A DNA stretch of 64,000 nucleotides, taken from NCBI GenBank assembly GCA_963756225.1, contig CAVWMZ010000003.1, positions 275,988 through 339,987 of the forward strand. Direction: 5' to 3'. This document shows, in pieces, positions 1 to 9,030 of this stretch. Below the pieces are notes generated by a model that was given only the letters and a program-made list of their open reading frames with translations, was not told where the DNA came from and did no database searches. The first letter of the stretch is position 1. Each line of letters begins with the position of its first letter. The translations under genes were made by a program, and so were the position numbers. The stretch is from Candidatus Staskawiczbacteria bacterium. Its GTDB lineage: Bacteria > Patescibacteriota > Minisyncoccia > Minisyncoccales > Staskawiczbacteraceae.

Positions 1-1195
1 CTGAAATCGGATCTTTTGAAACTTTTTCAACTAAATATTTTAAATGCCTTAATTTATAGGGTTCAGCTTTTGGAACACCGGATCCAATCCTGTCTGCCTG
101 ACGCACCTGTAATAATTCTTCCATATTTTCTGGACCGACATTTCTTACTAATCTTCTTACAGACGCCTCTTTCACTTCATCAACATTGTAGTAAAACAAA
201 TGGTATCTTACAAGTTTTGTTATTTTTTCAACTTCTTTTTTAGAAAATTTTAAATTATTTAAAATCTGAAAAGTCATTTTAGCTCCAATCATTTCATGGT
301 TGTAAAAAGTAGCACCATCTCCCTCACCAGCTTTTGACCTTGGCTTTCCGACATCGTGGAGCAGGGCAGCTATCCTTACATACATATTAAGCTTTTTCTT
401 GGCGGTAAACTCCAAAGCTTTTATAGCATGCATATAGCAATCGTAAATGTGGTGTTTATTTTGAGAGACTCCATAGTTTTCTAAAAGTTCAGGAATAACA
501 TATTTTAACAAGCCAAGTTCGCGCAATAATTCGACGCCTTCGGCGGCGCTATCAGCCATTATTATTTTTATAAACTCGTCCCTAATTCTCTCTTTCGAAA
601 TAGCGTCTAGCCAAATGCTATTTTTTCTAATTGCTTGGGCGGTTTTTTCTTCTATCTTAAAATTTAAATTTGTGGCAAACCTTACAGCTCTTAACATTCT
701 TAAGGCATCTTCGTTAAACCTTTCTTCCGGGTTGCCAACCGTTCTGATAATTTTATTTTTCAAATCTTTTTGTCCATCAAACAAATCAATAACCTTTATT
801 TTCGCCTGCCTACCGGCAGGCAGGTCCATGGCCATAGCATTTACCGTAAAATCTCTTCTGCTTAAATCATCTTCAAGTTTTTTTGCATATTTCACTTCGT
901 CGGGATGCCTTTTATCAGAATATTTTGCATCAAGCCTATAAGTTGTAATTTCAATCTCGGCCAATTCCGGTTTTTTACTTTTTGTCCTAGCGGTGACAGT
1001 TAAAAAACTGTTCTCATAAAAGCTATCTGGGAAAACCTTTTGAATTTCTTCTGGCTTGGCATTAGTTGTAACGTCCCAGTCCTTAGGTTCTTTTTCCAAT
1101 AAAAAATCGCGCACACATCCACCCACGATATACGCCTCAAAGCCCGATTTTTGCAAATCCTGGATTATTTTTTTTACTTCTTTCGGGATAATCAT
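1..1195 (-). CDS. cca: CCA-adding enzyme / tRNA nucleotidyltransferase with HD domain; C-terminal end lies beyond the window start
   Basis: Not in the ORF track because there is no stop inside the window. My translation of the minus strand from ATG 1195-1193 reads MIIPKEVKKIIQDLQKSGFEAYIVGGCVRDFLLEKEPKDWDVTT...RRDFTVNAMA...ALRMLRAVRFA...LLHDVGKP. These are the nucleotidyltransferase head and HD motifs of CCA enzymes. The frame stays open to position 1. Confidence 0.8.
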   Translation of the reverse strand, partial: MIIPKEVKKIIQDLQKSGFEAYIVGGCVRDFLLEKEPKDWDVTTNAKPEEIQKVFPDSFYENSFLTVTARTKSKKPELAEIEITTYRLDAKYSDKRHPDEVKYAKKLEDDLSRRDFTVNAMAMDLPAGRQAKIKVIDLFDGQKDLKNKIIRTVGNPEERFNEDALRMLRAVRFATNLNFKIEEKTAQAIRKNSIWLDAISKERIRDEFIKIIMADSAAEGVELLRELGLLKYVIPELLENYGVSQNKHHIYDCYMHAIKALEFTAKKKLNMYVRIAALLHDVGKPRSKAGEGDGATFYNHEMIGAKMTFQILNNLKFSKKEVEKITKLVRYHLFYYNVDEVKEASVRRLVRNVGPENMEELLQVRQADRIGSGVPKAEPYKLRHLKYLVEKVSKDPIS

Positions 1196-1282
1196 AGTTT
1201 ATATATCTTAGACTAAAAATTGATTTTTTTCAATAAATTTGATATAATTTAGCCAATTTAATACGCTTATCTTCAATTAATA

Positions 1283-1633
1283 ATGCAACCCAAAATAGAC
1301 AAAAAAATAGTAGAGGCTTCGGGTATAAAATTTTTCGTTGAAAAAGATGGCAAAGAAGTTGCCAGAGCCTTTTTGTATGTGATGAAAAATGATTTAAAAG
1401 AAAAACCCTTTGGATTTTTAGAGGATTTATTCGTTGACGAAAGTCTTAGGGGGCAAGGAATTGGCACCAAACTTTTAAATAATGTTATTGCCGAAGCGAA
1501 AAAACTTGGCTGCTACAAGCTTGTAGGAACCAGCCGGCATGAGAGAGAAAACGTTCATAGAATGTATGAAAAGATAGGTTTTAAAAACTTTGGGCTTGAA
1601 TTTAAGATGTATCTGGAGGATGAAAAAAACTAA
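1283..1633 (+). CDS. GNAT family N-acetyltransferase
   Basis: 116-aa ORF with the acetyl-CoA binding motif region RGQGIGTKLLNNVIAEAKKLGC and ...HRMYEKIGF, typical of GNAT. Confidence 0.7.
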   Translation: MQPKIDKKIVEASGIKFFVEKDGKEVARAFLYVMKNDLKEKPFGFLEDLFVDESLRGQGIGTKLLNNVIAEAKKLGCYKLVGTSRHERENVHRMYEKIGFKNFGLEFKMYLEDEKN

Positions 1634-2624
1634 AGATATAAAAAACAGACAAAAAATTGTAACTATCGGAGGAGGCTCTGGCAGTTTTATGGTTTTGTCG
1701 GGCTTAAAAAAATATCCCGTAGATTTATCAGCTATTGTTACAATGTCTGATGACGGCGGATCCACCGGCATTTTAAGAGACGAGCTTGGTGTTTTACCTC
1801 CGGGCGACGTAAGGCAATGCTTAGTAGCGCTTTCCCATTCCAGTAAAACCCTAAGGGAACTTTTTAATTACAGATACGGAAACGGCGGATTAAGCGGACA
1901 TAGTTTTGGAAACATTTTTCTATCTACTTTAGAAAAAATTACAGGCGGTTTTGATACGGCAGTGATAGAGGCCAGTAGAATTTTAAGAATCCGCGGCTAT
2001 GTTTTACCGGTCACCCTAAAAAGTACGAGACTGGTAGCTATTTTAAAAAATGGCAAAAAGATAGTTGGCGAAAAAAATATTTATTGCTATAAAGATGATT
2101 TTTCAAATATAAAAAAATTATACTTAACGCCACCGGCCAAATTAAACCCAAGAATATTTCAAGCGCTGAAAGAGGCCGATAAAATAGTAATCAACCCTGG
2201 TGATCTTTATTCTAGCTTAATACCTAATTTTTTAGTTAAAGATTTGTCAAAAGCTATTAGCAAGTCCAAAGCTGAAGTTATATATGTTGCCAACTTGATG
2301 ACCAAAGCCGGTCAGACTGATAATTTTACCTTGAATGAATATATTTCTACTATAGAAAAATACCTGGGCAAAAAAATAATCAAATACGTTGTCTTTAACA
2401 CGGAGACGCCTGACTCAAAATTATTAAAAAAATATTATAGATATGGCGAGAGATTGGTGATCCCGGGTGATTTTAAAAAATTTCCAAAAATAAAATTTTT
2501 GGGGTACAAACTATTGAGTCACAAAATTCATAAAGCCGATAAAAATGACGCGCTCTCGGGTGAGCGATCTTTTATCAGGCACGATTCTTGCAAGCTGGCA
2601 AAGATAATTTATGATTTGCCTTAA
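1620..2624 (+). CDS. YvcK/CofD-like gluconeogenesis factor family protein
   Basis: IVTIGGGSGSFMVLSGLKKY...LSAIVTMSDDGGSTGILRDELGVLPPGDVRQCLVALS matches the conserved N-terminus of the YvcK (UPF0052) family. The start is taken as the internal ATG at 1620 (MKKTKD), which overlaps the GNAT stop. Confidence 0.8.
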   Translation: MKKTKDIKNRQKIVTIGGGSGSFMVLSGLKKYPVDLSAIVTMSDDGGSTGILRDELGVLPPGDVRQCLVALSHSSKTLRELFNYRYGNGGLSGHSFGNIFLSTLEKITGGFDTAVIEASRILRIRGYVLPVTLKSTRLVAILKNGKKIVGEKNIYCYKDDFSNIKKLYLTPPAKLNPRIFQALKEADKIVINPGDLYSSLIPNFLVKDLSKAISKSKAEVIYVANLMTKAGQTDNFTLNEYISTIEKYLGKKIIKYVVFNTETPDSKLLKKYYRYGERLVIPGDFKKFPKIKFLGYKLLSHKIHKADKNDALSGERSFIRHDSCKLAKIIYDLP

Positions 2625-2707
2625 CAAAGTTGTTTTTTGTTGATTTTTTAGGTAGAATAATATAAAATTGCTCTCGCGGTGGAATCCTCACCCCACACCA
2701 AAGTTCT

Positions 2708-2781
2708 GCCCCCGTGGTGAAATTGGATATCATATTTGGCTTCGAACCAAAAGTCTGCAGGTCCGAGTCCTGCCGGGGGCA
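2708..2781 (+). tRNA. tRNA-Arg (anticodon TCG)
   Basis: Hand-folded 74-nt cloverleaf. Acceptor GCCCCCG/CGGGGGC. D stem GTGA/TCAT. Anticodon stem TTTGG/CCAAA with loop CTTCGAA. T stem GCAGG/CCTGC with loop TCCGAGT. Discriminator A. Confidence 0.8.
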
Positions 2782-2811
2782 CAAAAAAATATTTAATAAA
2801 TTTATTTAAAT

Positions 2812-3177
2812 ATGAATTCAAAAAAAATATTTATAACAGTCACTTTGGCTTGTTTATTATCAATAATTTTTATTCCTATCTTAGCTAAAGCCGCCCTGGT
2901 TAATTGCCAGGGTTCAGACTGCACCTTAGACATGCTTACTCAAGTAGGAACGCAAATCTACAGCCTTATTGTTAATGACATAGCTGCACCCCTGGGAACA
3001 TTGGCAATTTTAATCGGCGCGGTTTTAATGATGACATCCGCTGGAAACCCTAGCATGATGGGTCTTGGGAAAAAAGTTTTTTGGATTGCAGTTATCGGAT
3101 TGTTTTTAGCTCTTGGCACAAAAGCAATAATAAATACCATTATAAGCGCAACCGGATATACTGGATCGCCAGTTTAA
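2812..3177 (+). CDS. Small VirB2/TrbC-like (T4SS pilin-like) membrane protein
   Basis: 121 aa. It has a signal peptide (…ILAKA), a short Cys-containing segment (LVNCQGSDC), and two hydrophobic helices separated by the loop MTSAGNPSMMGLGKK. The same architecture forms the N-termini of the three large proteins at 24309-30233. Confidence 0.5.
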   Translation: MNSKKIFITVTLACLLSIIFIPILAKAALVNCQGSDCTLDMLTQVGTQIYSLIVNDIAAPLGTLAILIGAVLMMTSAGNPSMMGLGKKVFWIAVIGLFLALGTKAIINTIISATGYTGSPV

Positions 3178-3270
3178 AAAGAATATCAAAGCCAATGCCC
3201 GGTCAAACAAGCCAACAAAACGGTTGCCCCTAGTAATTACTTCAAAAATCGATTAGTATCACTTGCGGCC

Positions 3271-3343
3271 GCCCTCATAGCTCAGCTGGTAGAGCAGTTG
3301 CCTCTTAAGCAATTGGTCACAGGTTCGAATCCTGTTGAGGGCA
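3271..3343 (+). tRNA. tRNA-Lys (anticodon CTT)
   Basis: Canonical cloverleaf. Acceptor GCCCTCA/TGAGGGC. D arm GCTC-AGCTGGTA-GAGC. Anticodon loop CTCTTAA. T arm ACAGG-TTCGAAT-CCTGT. Confidence 0.9.
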
Positions 3344-3354
3344 CACTTCGCCTC

Positions 3355-3384
3355 GCCTTGCTCGCTCGGTGCGAGTAAGGCTTT
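3355..3384 (+). terminator. Hairpin after tRNA-Lys (putative terminator)
   Basis: GCCTTGCTCGC-tcggt-GCGAGTAAGGC forms an 11-bp stem with one G-T pair, followed by TTT. Confidence 0.4.
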
Positions 3385-3457
3385 ACAAAACAGAGAAAAT
3401 AGAGTATATTAAAATATTAATTAACCTAAGGTGCCGGAAGCACCTTTATATATAGAA

Positions 3458-3727
3458 ATGGCACTAAATACAAAAGAAAAGTCAAAAATCATAAAAGATG
3501 TCGGGACAAATGAAAAAGATACCGGATCTTCAGAGGTTCAAATCGGCTTATTATCTAAAGGAATAGACAAGCTTGTTTTGCATCTAAAGAAACACCCACA
3601 GGACGTTCACTCAAAAAAGGGTTTGATAACAATGGTTATAAAGAGGAAAAAATTGCTAGCCTATTTGAAAAAAATATCTGAAAAAAGATATTCTGTTATA
3701 ATTAAAAAAATAGGACTTAAAAAGTAA
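3458..3727 (+). CDS. rpsO: 30S ribosomal protein S15
   Basis: …GSSEVQIGLLSKGIDKLVLHLKKHPQDVHSKKGLITMVIKRKKLLAYLKK is the S15 signature. The start is taken as ATG 3458 (MALNTKEK). It lies upstream of pnp, the common rpsO-pnp arrangement, although other genes intervene here. Confidence 0.9.
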   Translation: MALNTKEKSKIIKDVGTNEKDTGSSEVQIGLLSKGIDKLVLHLKKHPQDVHSKKGLITMVIKRKKLLAYLKKISEKRYSVIIKKIGLKK

Positions 3728-3740
3728 CATATTAAAGTAG

Positions 3741-4244
3741 ATGCAGCCAAAACCAAAAGAGCAGAGAGTAGAGGCGCTGATAGATGTACAAAATTTATAC
3801 TATTCGGCAAAAAACCTCTATCATTCTAAAGTAAATTATCAGGAAGTTTTAAAGCAGGCAGTCGCGGGCAGAAAGTTTATTAGAGCTTTTGGTTATGTTG
3901 TGCGCACAAAAACTGGCGAAGAAGCGCCATTTTTTGATGCATTAAGTAAAATTGGAATTGAAACAAGGGTAAGAGACTTGCAAGAATGGTACGGCGGAGC
4001 TAAAAAAGCAGACTGGGATGTTGGAATTGTAATTGACGCCATTAGAACCGCCCCCGGAGTTGACGTGGTTGTGTTGGTTTCCGGTGACGGAGATTTTATT
4101 CCACTAGTAGAATATTTAAAAAATATGGGCAAACGAGTTGAAGTTGTGGCTTTCGGCAGAACAACTTCTGGAAAGCTAAAAGAGGCCGCTGACGAATTTA
4201 TTGATTTGGATGAAGGTGCTGCAAAATTCTTATTGAAAAAGTAG
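3741..4244 (+). CDS. NYN/LabA-like domain protein
   Basis: ALIDVQNLYYSA…DVGIVIDAIRTA…VDVVVLVSGDGDFIPLVEYLKNMGKRVEVVAF matches the NYN (LabA/DUF88) pattern. Confidence 0.65.
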   Translation: MQPKPKEQRVEALIDVQNLYYSAKNLYHSKVNYQEVLKQAVAGRKFIRAFGYVVRTKTGEEAPFFDALSKIGIETRVRDLQEWYGGAKKADWDVGIVIDAIRTAPGVDVVVLVSGDGDFIPLVEYLKNMGKRVEVVAFGRTTSGKLKEAADEFIDLDEGAAKFLLKK

Positions 4245-4463
4245 CTTTATGAAAAAACAAAAAAGAATTTCTACCCTAGTCGGCATAATGATTATTGTCG
4301 TCGCAGTGATTATTCTATTTGGTGGAACCTTCACATATCAATATTTTGCGATAAAAACTTTGCCTACGCAAAATAATCAAATTAACCAAATTGTGCAACC
4401 TGTTTCCGAAGGATGTAAATTACTGCCCTATACCGGGAAGGTGCCTCTTAACCAATTAGAATA

Positions 4464-5228
4464 GGCTCTAGACTAGCAAGACTAGTCAAAGTAGCCGATT
4501 AATTTAATAATATTTTTTAATAATTTTCCACAATTCCTTTTTCATTGTATCATTTGTTTTTCCGTAGCGCCACTCCGACTCTTTAAGATGCAGTTCGAAA
4601 TTCTTTTTTACACCATTAAATTTAGCCAGTCGACGTTTGGTGAAGCTCCAGAAATTTTCAATGCCGTTGATGTGAATACCTGTACCTTTCCTTGCAAATT
4701 CATTGTCTCCGTGATTAACCCTGAAATGTTTGTCGTATCCTACATCAACAAGTCCGTCATAGCTACGCCAGCTGTCCGAATAAATTACTGCTGATTTATC
4801 TACTTTCCCTCTGATAATGCTTTGCAGAATGTCTTTTTTGCAGTTAGGGACGATTTCTGTGTAAACATGTCCGTTGCGTTTCAGTATTCCGAACACCGGT
4901 TGCTTCTGCGTGCCTCGTCCGCGTTTCAGCTTGCCGTGAAATCCGCGTTTGCGCCTTGCTCCAAAATATGATTCGTCCACTTCCGCTTCACCGAAAATCT
5001 TTTCGAATTCTTTGTGCTGATGAGCATAAATTGCCACACGAAATCTGTTGTACCAGTAATTTATCGTGTTGCGATTTACGCCCACCAGAGGAGCTGCTTT
5101 GGAGGCGTTAATATCCAAACAAAAGTGTTCAATAATTTTTTTAATTTTAAATGTCGATAATTTAGATTTTTTGAGACTATTTACTAACATTTTGTCATTA
5201 TACCATGACAGACTGCTAGTCTAGAGCC
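4464..5228 (-). mobile_element. IS1595-family insertion sequence (765 bp)
   Basis: Terminal inverted repeats GGCTCTAGACTAGCA are perfect over 15 bp, at 4464-4478 and as reverse complement at 5214-5228. Direct repeats TAGAATA lie at 4457-4463 and 5229-5235. There is a single transposase ORF inside. Confidence 0.85.
4504..5190 (-). CDS. IS1595-family (ISXO2-like) DDE transposase
   Basis: 228 aa with an N-terminal HTH-like region (…NRNTINYWYNRFR…). The DDE region reads AEVDESYFG…KQPVFGILKRNGHVYTEIVP…IYSDSWRSYDGLVDVGYDKHFRVNH…HINGIENFWSFTKRRL, characteristic of the family. Confidence 0.85.
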   Translation of the reverse strand: MLVNSLKKSKLSTFKIKKIIEHFCLDINASKAAPLVGVNRNTINYWYNRFRVAIYAHQHKEFEKIFGEAEVDESYFGARRKRGFHGKLKRGRGTQKQPVFGILKRNGHVYTEIVPNCKKDILQSIIRGKVDKSAVIYSDSWRSYDGLVDVGYDKHFRVNHGDNEFARKGTGIHINGIENFWSFTKRRLAKFNGVKKNFELHLKESEWRYGKTNDTMKKELWKIIKKYY

Positions 5229-5943
5229 TAGAATATTATGTTAAGGGCGACGAAGATTTTCGCGGAGGCATGATTTGTAGATTTATAGTTAATCCAAAGC
5301 TTCCAATTTTTACTTTTAAGTTTATTGGCCAAGAGGATAACACTTTCGGAGACTTACAAATTACTGAAGGGAATAACCCAAATATAATTCAAGCTATTGG
5401 CAGTGGCATTGATCCAAACGCTATTGCACCAGCTACTGCTCAAGATGTTCTCGGACTTCCTGATATGAACTTTGATGGGTATAATGATTTATCTATTTTA
5501 AATAACTGCGGAGCTACTGGTAACTGCAACTATGACATATGGTTGTATAATCCTCAAAAAAATATATTTGTTGAAAATGATGATTTATCTAATGTAACGA
5601 ACCCAACGCCCGACCCGACTGCAAAAACAATCTCGTCGACTTATAATTGGGGCGCGAGCGGATACGAACAGGACACGTATAAATTTGACGCAAATGAAAA
5701 ATTATTTTTAACGAATGCATACAGACAAGAGGCCGTAGGAGATGGCTCGTCCTGCAAAGAAACTACTAGCGATTTGGTTAATGGAAAAATGATGACAACA
5801 ACAAAAATTGTTGATTGCACAAACTAATAATTTTAAAAAAATAAATAATCCGCAAAGCTAAGAATATACGGCTATACGAAAGCGCTGGAGAAATCCAACT
5901 TTTTGGCATATTCGTACTCATTCAAATCTCTGCGGACAAATAA

Positions 5944-8079
5944 ATGGCAGTAAAAGATACGTTCGAGATAAAAGTGGGCGAAAAGCCCGTCATAATTAAA
6001 ACTACAAACTGGACAGAGCAAGCATCTGGATCTTGTTTGGTTTCGCAAGGAGAAACGGAAGTTCTAGTAACAGCTGTTTTATCCCCTTTCACAAGAGAAG
6101 GAATCGATTATTTCCCGCTAACAGTTGAATATGAGGAAAGATTTTATGCAGCAGGAAAAATTTATGGCTCAAGATTTGTAAGAAGAGAAAGCAGGCCAAC
6201 AGATGAAGCAATCTTAACTGCCAGAATGATTGACCGAGCGATAAGGCCGTTATTTCCAAAAGATTTTAAAAAAGAAGTTCAGGTTATTGTCACCTGCCTT
6301 TCTTGGGACGGAGAAAATGATCCTGATATTCTAGGAATGATTGGTGCGTCATTTGCTTTAGCGACTTCCAATATTCCTTGGAACGGACCTTTGGGGGCAA
6401 TAAGAGTTACCAGAAATAATGGAGAGTGGGTTTTTAATTCTAATTATGCGCAAAGAAAAGAATGCGACATGGATTTAACTTTGTCGGCAATCGAAAGAGA
6501 CGGAGATATTTTGGTTAACATGATTGAAATGGGAGCAAAAGAAGTTTCAGAAAAAGATGTTATGGACGCTTATGGGGCCGCTAAAAAAGAATTGAAAAAA
6601 ATTATTGATGCACAACTTCACGCAGTTAAAAAAATAGGAAAAGAGAAAGATGTTTTTGAACCGGCCGTTGAATTGGATCTTGCAGGGGAGATTAAAGAAT
6701 TTTTAGGTGATAGGTTGGAAAAAGCAATAAGTAATGCTCCAAAAGGAGAAAAAAATCTGGGGGCCACCGAATTATTAAAAATGGAATTAATTGGACATTT
6801 AACATTAAAGTATCCCGGAGAAGGAAAAGAAAAACAAGTTTTAGCTTTTTTTGAGAGAGAAATAGAAAAAATAATTGTCAAAAATATAATTGAAAGAGAT
6901 TATAGGCCAGACGGCAGAAAATCTACCGAGATAAGACCTTTATCTTGCGAGGTTGGAGTCTTGCCGAGAGCTCACGGATCAGGAGTATTTTTTAGAGGGT
7001 TAACAAGAGTGCTTTCTGTTTTAACTTTGGGCGGACCAGCTGATTCGCAAATAATTGAAGGCATGGAAATTGTTGGCAAGAAAAGATTTATGCATCATTA
7101 TAACTTCCCTCCGTTTTCTTCTGGGGAAACCTCTCCAATGAGAGGACCAAAAAGAAGAGAAATTGGACATGGAGCATTAGTTGAAAAAGCATTATTGCCA
7201 GTAATTCCTGAGCTAGAAAAATTTCCGTACACGATTAGAATTGTTTCTGAGGTTGTGTCTTCAAACGGATCTACCTCGCAAGCTTCTGTTTGCGCTTCAT
7301 GCATTGCATTAATGGATGCTGGCGTACCAATAAAAGAACCCGTTGCTGGAATTTCAGTTGGCCTAGCAAAAGACGAAGAAACAAAAAAATATAAAGTACT
7401 AACAGATATTCAAGGACCCGAAGACCATTATGGCGATATGGATTTTAAAGTTGCAGGAACCCGCAATGGAATTACAGCAATTCAAATGGATATTAAGATA
7501 GACGGTATTGATTCTAAAATAATGGAAGAGGCAATGGACCGAGCAAAAGATGCAAGATTAAAAATACTTGATATAATAAAGAAACAGATAGCTGAACCAA
7601 GAAAAGAGTTGTCGCCCTATGCTCCTAAAATATCTACACTCAAAATTAGTCCCGCTAAAATTGGCGAAGTTATCGGTCCTAAGGGTTCTGTGATAAATAA
7701 AATAATTGAAGAGTGCGGGGTTACTATTGATGTTGAGGACGACGGATTTGTTTCTGTAACCGGAGTAGACGCCGAGGGCGTTGAAAAAGCGGTAAACTGG
7801 ATTAAAGGAATTGTTAGAGAAGTTGAAGTTGGAGAAACATTTCAAGGCAAAGTTGTAAAAATTATGGATTTTGGAGCTTTCGTTGAAATATTACCAGGAA
7901 CTGACGGCATGGTGCACATCTCAAAATTTGTGCCGTCTCGCATACAAAGCGTTTCTGAAGTTGTGAAAGAGGGAGATATAATCCCAGTTAAAGTTATGTC
8001 TGTAGACGAACTTGGCAGAATAAACTTATCAGCGCTAGATGCGGGTTTTAAACCAAAACCAAAAAACGAAAAAAGATAA
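5944..8079 (+). CDS. pnp: Polyribonucleotide nucleotidyltransferase (PNPase)
   Basis: 711 aa with two RNase PH domains (…RPDGR…IRPLSCEVG…), then KH (IGEVIGPKGSVINKI) and S1 (GKVVKIMDFGAFVEILPGTDGMVHISK) domains. Confidence 0.95.
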   Translation: MAVKDTFEIKVGEKPVIIKTTNWTEQASGSCLVSQGETEVLVTAVLSPFTREGIDYFPLTVEYEERFYAAGKIYGSRFVRRESRPTDEAILTARMIDRAIRPLFPKDFKKEVQVIVTCLSWDGENDPDILGMIGASFALATSNIPWNGPLGAIRVTRNNGEWVFNSNYAQRKECDMDLTLSAIERDGDILVNMIEMGAKEVSEKDVMDAYGAAKKELKKIIDAQLHAVKKIGKEKDVFEPAVELDLAGEIKEFLGDRLEKAISNAPKGEKNLGATELLKMELIGHLTLKYPGEGKEKQVLAFFEREIEKIIVKNIIERDYRPDGRKSTEIRPLSCEVGVLPRAHGSGVFFRGLTRVLSVLTLGGPADSQIIEGMEIVGKKRFMHHYNFPPFSSGETSPMRGPKRREIGHGALVEKALLPVIPELEKFPYTIRIVSEVVSSNGSTSQASVCASCIALMDAGVPIKEPVAGISVGLAKDEETKKYKVLTDIQGPEDHYGDMDFKVAGTRNGITAIQMDIKIDGIDSKIMEEAMDRAKDARLKILDIIKKQIAEPRKELSPYAPKISTLKISPAKIGEVIGPKGSVINKIIEECGVTIDVEDDGFVSVTGVDAEGVEKAVNWIKGIVREVEVGETFQGKVVKIMDFGAFVEILPGTDGMVHISKFVPSRIQSVSEVVKEGDIIPVKVMSVDELGRINLSALDAGFKPKPKNEKR

Positions 8080-8082
8080 AAA

Positions 8083-8108
8083 ATATGAATTGCTGAAGCA
8101 ATTCATAT
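8083..8108 (+). terminator. Perfect hairpin downstream of pnp
   Basis: ATATGAATTGC-tgaa-GCAATTCATAT has an 11-bp stem. There is no strong T-tract, so its role as a terminator is tentative. Confidence 0.35.
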
Positions 8109-8175
8109 AATCACTTCGCTCGGTCGGAGTGAAAATAAATTTTCCCTCTTCCCTCGTTAATAATTATAAAAAATT

Positions 8176-9012
8176 ATGAAACAGCAATCAACAAAATTAT
8201 TTTTTGTTATTTTATTATTAGTTGTATTTATTGTTCCATCGGTGGCACTCGCAGCTTGGTGGAATCCCCTATCGTGGAATTGGAATATTTTTAATTGGTT
8301 TTCAGGGAATCAAATCTCCATGGTTCAAACAAATCAAAACATAACCCAACAAGCAAATGATAATAAACCCGCTTGCGTTCCAGAAAATGGGCGCTATGCA
8401 GCTCCCGAAACTAGCGCAGATTTATGCTGCGACGGGCTGGTTCAACAACCCGACCCTCAAAGCCAAAGTGGCACAACGGGCACCTGCGTAAAACCGGGCA
8501 ACCAAACCACTGGTTGGAAAACGTATACAAATACTAAATATGGATTTTTATTTCAATATCCCAATAACTACGGACTTTATTCAAGGCTGAGTGACACCGA
8601 TTTATCTGTGGCAAATATTTTATCTCCAATCGCTTCAGATTCTGAGTATATTTATTTAGCAAAATCAGGATCGACTGGTCAAAACTTTACTAATGCTATT
8701 TTACACATAGAGGTTGATCCAATAGATGATATATCTCATAGAAATATTGACAGCTTTGAAGCTTCGGTAAAACAAATTGATCAATCAAATTTAAGATTAG
8801 GACAAATATCGGTTCTTCCTCAATATAGTCGATTTAAAACAGACTCTGGTGAAGACGTGTTTTCGGCTGGAAATTTATCCGATGGAATTCAATACTATCT
8901 TGTGAAAAATGACAAATTAATTGTGATAGAACCAGCAGATCATTCACCACTCCAAAAGAATGACGAAATTGCTATTCAAAATTTAATTAAAACTATTAAA
9001 TTTACGAAATAA
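8176..9012 (+). CDS. Secreted hypothetical protein
   Basis: 278-aa ORF with an N-terminal signal/TM segment (LFFVILLLVVFIVPSVALA). No family recognised. Confidence 0.5.
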   Translation: MKQQSTKLFFVILLLVVFIVPSVALAAWWNPLSWNWNIFNWFSGNQISMVQTNQNITQQANDNKPACVPENGRYAAPETSADLCCDGLVQQPDPQSQSGTTGTCVKPGNQTTGWKTYTNTKYGFLFQYPNNYGLYSRLSDTDLSVANILSPIASDSEYIYLAKSGSTGQNFTNAILHIEVDPIDDISHRNIDSFEASVKQIDQSNLRLGQISVLPQYSRFKTDSGEDVFSAGNLSDGIQYYLVKNDKLIVIEPADHSPLQKNDEIAIQNLIKTIKFTK

Positions 9013-9030
9013 TTAGTATGATTACTAATC

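Larger units (their letters stand above)
4249..5827 (+). pseudogene. Membrane-anchored hypothetical protein gene interrupted by an IS1595-family element
   Basis: ORF 4249-4464 (N-terminal TM segment) and ORF 5270-5827 join in frame when 4464-5235 (IS plus one target-duplication copy) is removed: …PLNQLE-YYVKGDEDFRGG-MICRFIVNPK…. Confidence 0.75.

Noticed and set aside
615-941. The 108-aa plus-strand ORF from the track.
   Set aside because: It lies antisense to, and entirely inside, the well-supported cca gene on the minus strand.
3395-3457. The hairpin GGTGC-cggaa-GCACC just upstream of rpsO might be an S15 autoregulatory leader.
   Set aside because: It is only a 5-bp stem. I cannot show the pseudoknot or three-way junction features of known S15 leaders from sequence alone. 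It is left unannotated.
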